This document shows, in pieces, positions 23,186 to 24,000 of a stretch of 24,000 bases of DNA. The position numbers and the translations under genes are program-made. The stretch spans positions 2,025 through 26,024 of the forward strand of contig DATHSN010000163.1 in the NCBI GenBank assembly GCA_035464115.1. Reading direction: 5' to 3'. Position 1 is the stretch's first letter. Each line of letters starts with the position of its first letter. Source of the DNA: Acidimicrobiales bacterium (GTDB lineage Bacteria > Actinomycetota > Acidimicrobiia > Acidimicrobiales > SKKL01). The notes beneath the pieces were generated by a model that saw only the letters and a program-made list of their open reading frames with translations, did no database searches and was not told the origin of the DNA.

Positions 23186-24000
23186 CCACCGTGGTCGCGC
23201 CCACCGGCGAGCCGACCGCCGGCTCGACCCACTCGAGCGGGTGGATCCGCGCCGCCCGGCGCGCCGAGTCGGTGCGGGCCCGCCGCGTGTCGGTGGTGCT
23301 CGCCGTGGTGGGGGTGGTGGCGTTCTGCGTGAGCCTCAGCGTCGGCGACTTCCCGATCCCGCTCGCCGACGTCGTCCCTGCGCTCGTCGGGCTCGGCACC
23401 GACGACGCCGAGTTCATCGTCGGCACCCTCCGGCTCCCCCGGGCGCTGGCCGCGGTGCTGGTCGGTGCCGCGTTCGGGGTCTCCGGGGCCATCTTCCAGG
23501 CCCTGGCCCGCAACCCGCTCGCCAGCCCCGACATCATCGGCATCACCGCCGGGGCCAGCACCGCGGCCGTGGCCCTCATCGTGCTCGCCAGCGCGCCCGC
23601 CGTCGTCGTCTCGCTGGGCTCGTTCGCCGGCGCCCTCGCCACCGCCACCGCCATCTACCTGCTCGCCTGGCGCCAGGGCGTGTCCGCCTACCGGCTCGTG
23701 CTGGTCGGTGCCGCGTTCGGGGTCTCCGGGGCCATCTTCCAGGCCCTGGCCCGCAACCCGCTCGCCAGCCCCGACCTCATCGGCATCACCGCCGGGGCCA
23801 GCACCGCGGCCGTCGCCCTCATCGTCCTCGCCAGCGCACCCGCGGTCGTCGTGTCGCTGGGCTCGTTCGCCGGCGCCCTCGCCACCGCGACGGCCATCTA
23901 CCTGCTCGCCTGGCGCCAGGGCGTGTCCGCCTACCGGCTCGTGCTGGTCGGCATCGGCCTCGGGGCGATGCTCGCGAGCATCACCTCCTACCTGTTGACC
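23182..24000 (+). CDS. Second FecCD-family permease; 5' part only, runs off the right edge; contains an in-frame 81-codon tandem duplication
   Basis: Not in the track because it has no stop in the window. GTG 23182 forms a GTGA overlap with the upstream permease stop. Manual translation: VTTVVAPTGEPTAG...LRLPRALAAVLVGAAFGVSGAIFQALARNPLASPDIIGITAG..., open to position 24000. The RNPLASP-containing block appears twice. Confidence 0.85.
   Translation, partial: MTTVVAPTGEPTAGSTHSSGWIRAARRAESVRARRVSVVLAVVGVVAFCVSLSVGDFPIPLADVVPALVGLGTDDAEFIVGTLRLPRALAAVLVGAAFGVSGAIFQALARNPLASPDIIGITAGASTAAVALIVLASAPAVVVSLGSFAGALATATAIYLLAWRQGVSAYRLVLVGAAFGVSGAIFQALARNPLASPDLIGITAGASTAAVALIVLASAPAVVVSLGSFAGALATATAIYLLAWRQGVSAYRLVLVGIGLGAMLASITSYLLT
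23455..23951. repeat. 243-bp direct tandem duplication: two full copies plus an 11-bp third start
   Basis: Copy 1 is 23455-23697 and copy 2 is 23698-23940, then GTGCTGGTCGG recurs at 23941-23951. Hand alignment gives 8 mismatches in 243. Seven are synonymous third-position changes and one is ATC to CTC (Ile to Leu). The period is exactly 81 codons and in frame with the permease. Confidence 0.95.

Noticed and set aside
23455-23951. 243-bp repeat considered as a mobile element, CRISPR or gene-conversion tract
   Set aside because: There is no transposase, no terminal inverted repeats and no spacers. It is a head-to-tail in-frame duplication inside a permease gene, bounded by 11-bp microhomology. 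It is kept as a finding but not as a mobile element.

Overview
Very GC-rich, densely coding chromosomal segment with Actinobacteria-like traits: G/C-saturated third codon positions, ATGA/GTGA gene overlaps, and several GTG starts lying 6-8 nt after a TANNNT box (apparent leaderless mRNAs). I recognised no rRNA, tRNA, CRISPR array, transposase or integrase. Left to right: (i) 1-5761, minus strand, a nine-gene Mrp/Mnh-type cation:proton antiporter operon in the order NuoL-like MrpA core, 84-aa membrane protein, MrpD, E, F, G, DUF4040/MnhB-like piece, MrpB, MrpC (cut by the window edge). (ii) A SAM methyltransferase. (iii) On the minus strand, DoxX plus two translationally coupled bacterial dynamin-like GTPases. 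They diverge across 88 bp from an atypical Hsp70 that has only the nucleotide-binding domain, joined by a Pro-rich linker and one TM helix to a Cys-containing extracytoplasmic domain. (iv) A heliorhodopsin gene (12717-13505, minus). (v) A second methyltransferase, UppP and a CxxxxC flavoprotein disulfide reductase. (vi) Two tandem-domain universal stress proteins followed by a NOX/ferric-reductase-like membrane flavocytochrome, with a DosR-like palindrome upstream. (vii) An ADP-ribosylglycohydrolase and an alpha/beta hydrolase. (viii) Two FecCD-type iron-siderophore permeases behind an IdeR/DtxR-like iron box; the second carries a 243-bp in-frame tandem duplication. The best candidates for new biology are the heliorhodopsin with its neighbourhood and the dynamin pair with the membrane-anchored Hsp70-NBD protein. 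All calls rest on manual reading and recalled family motifs; no search or computation was run.
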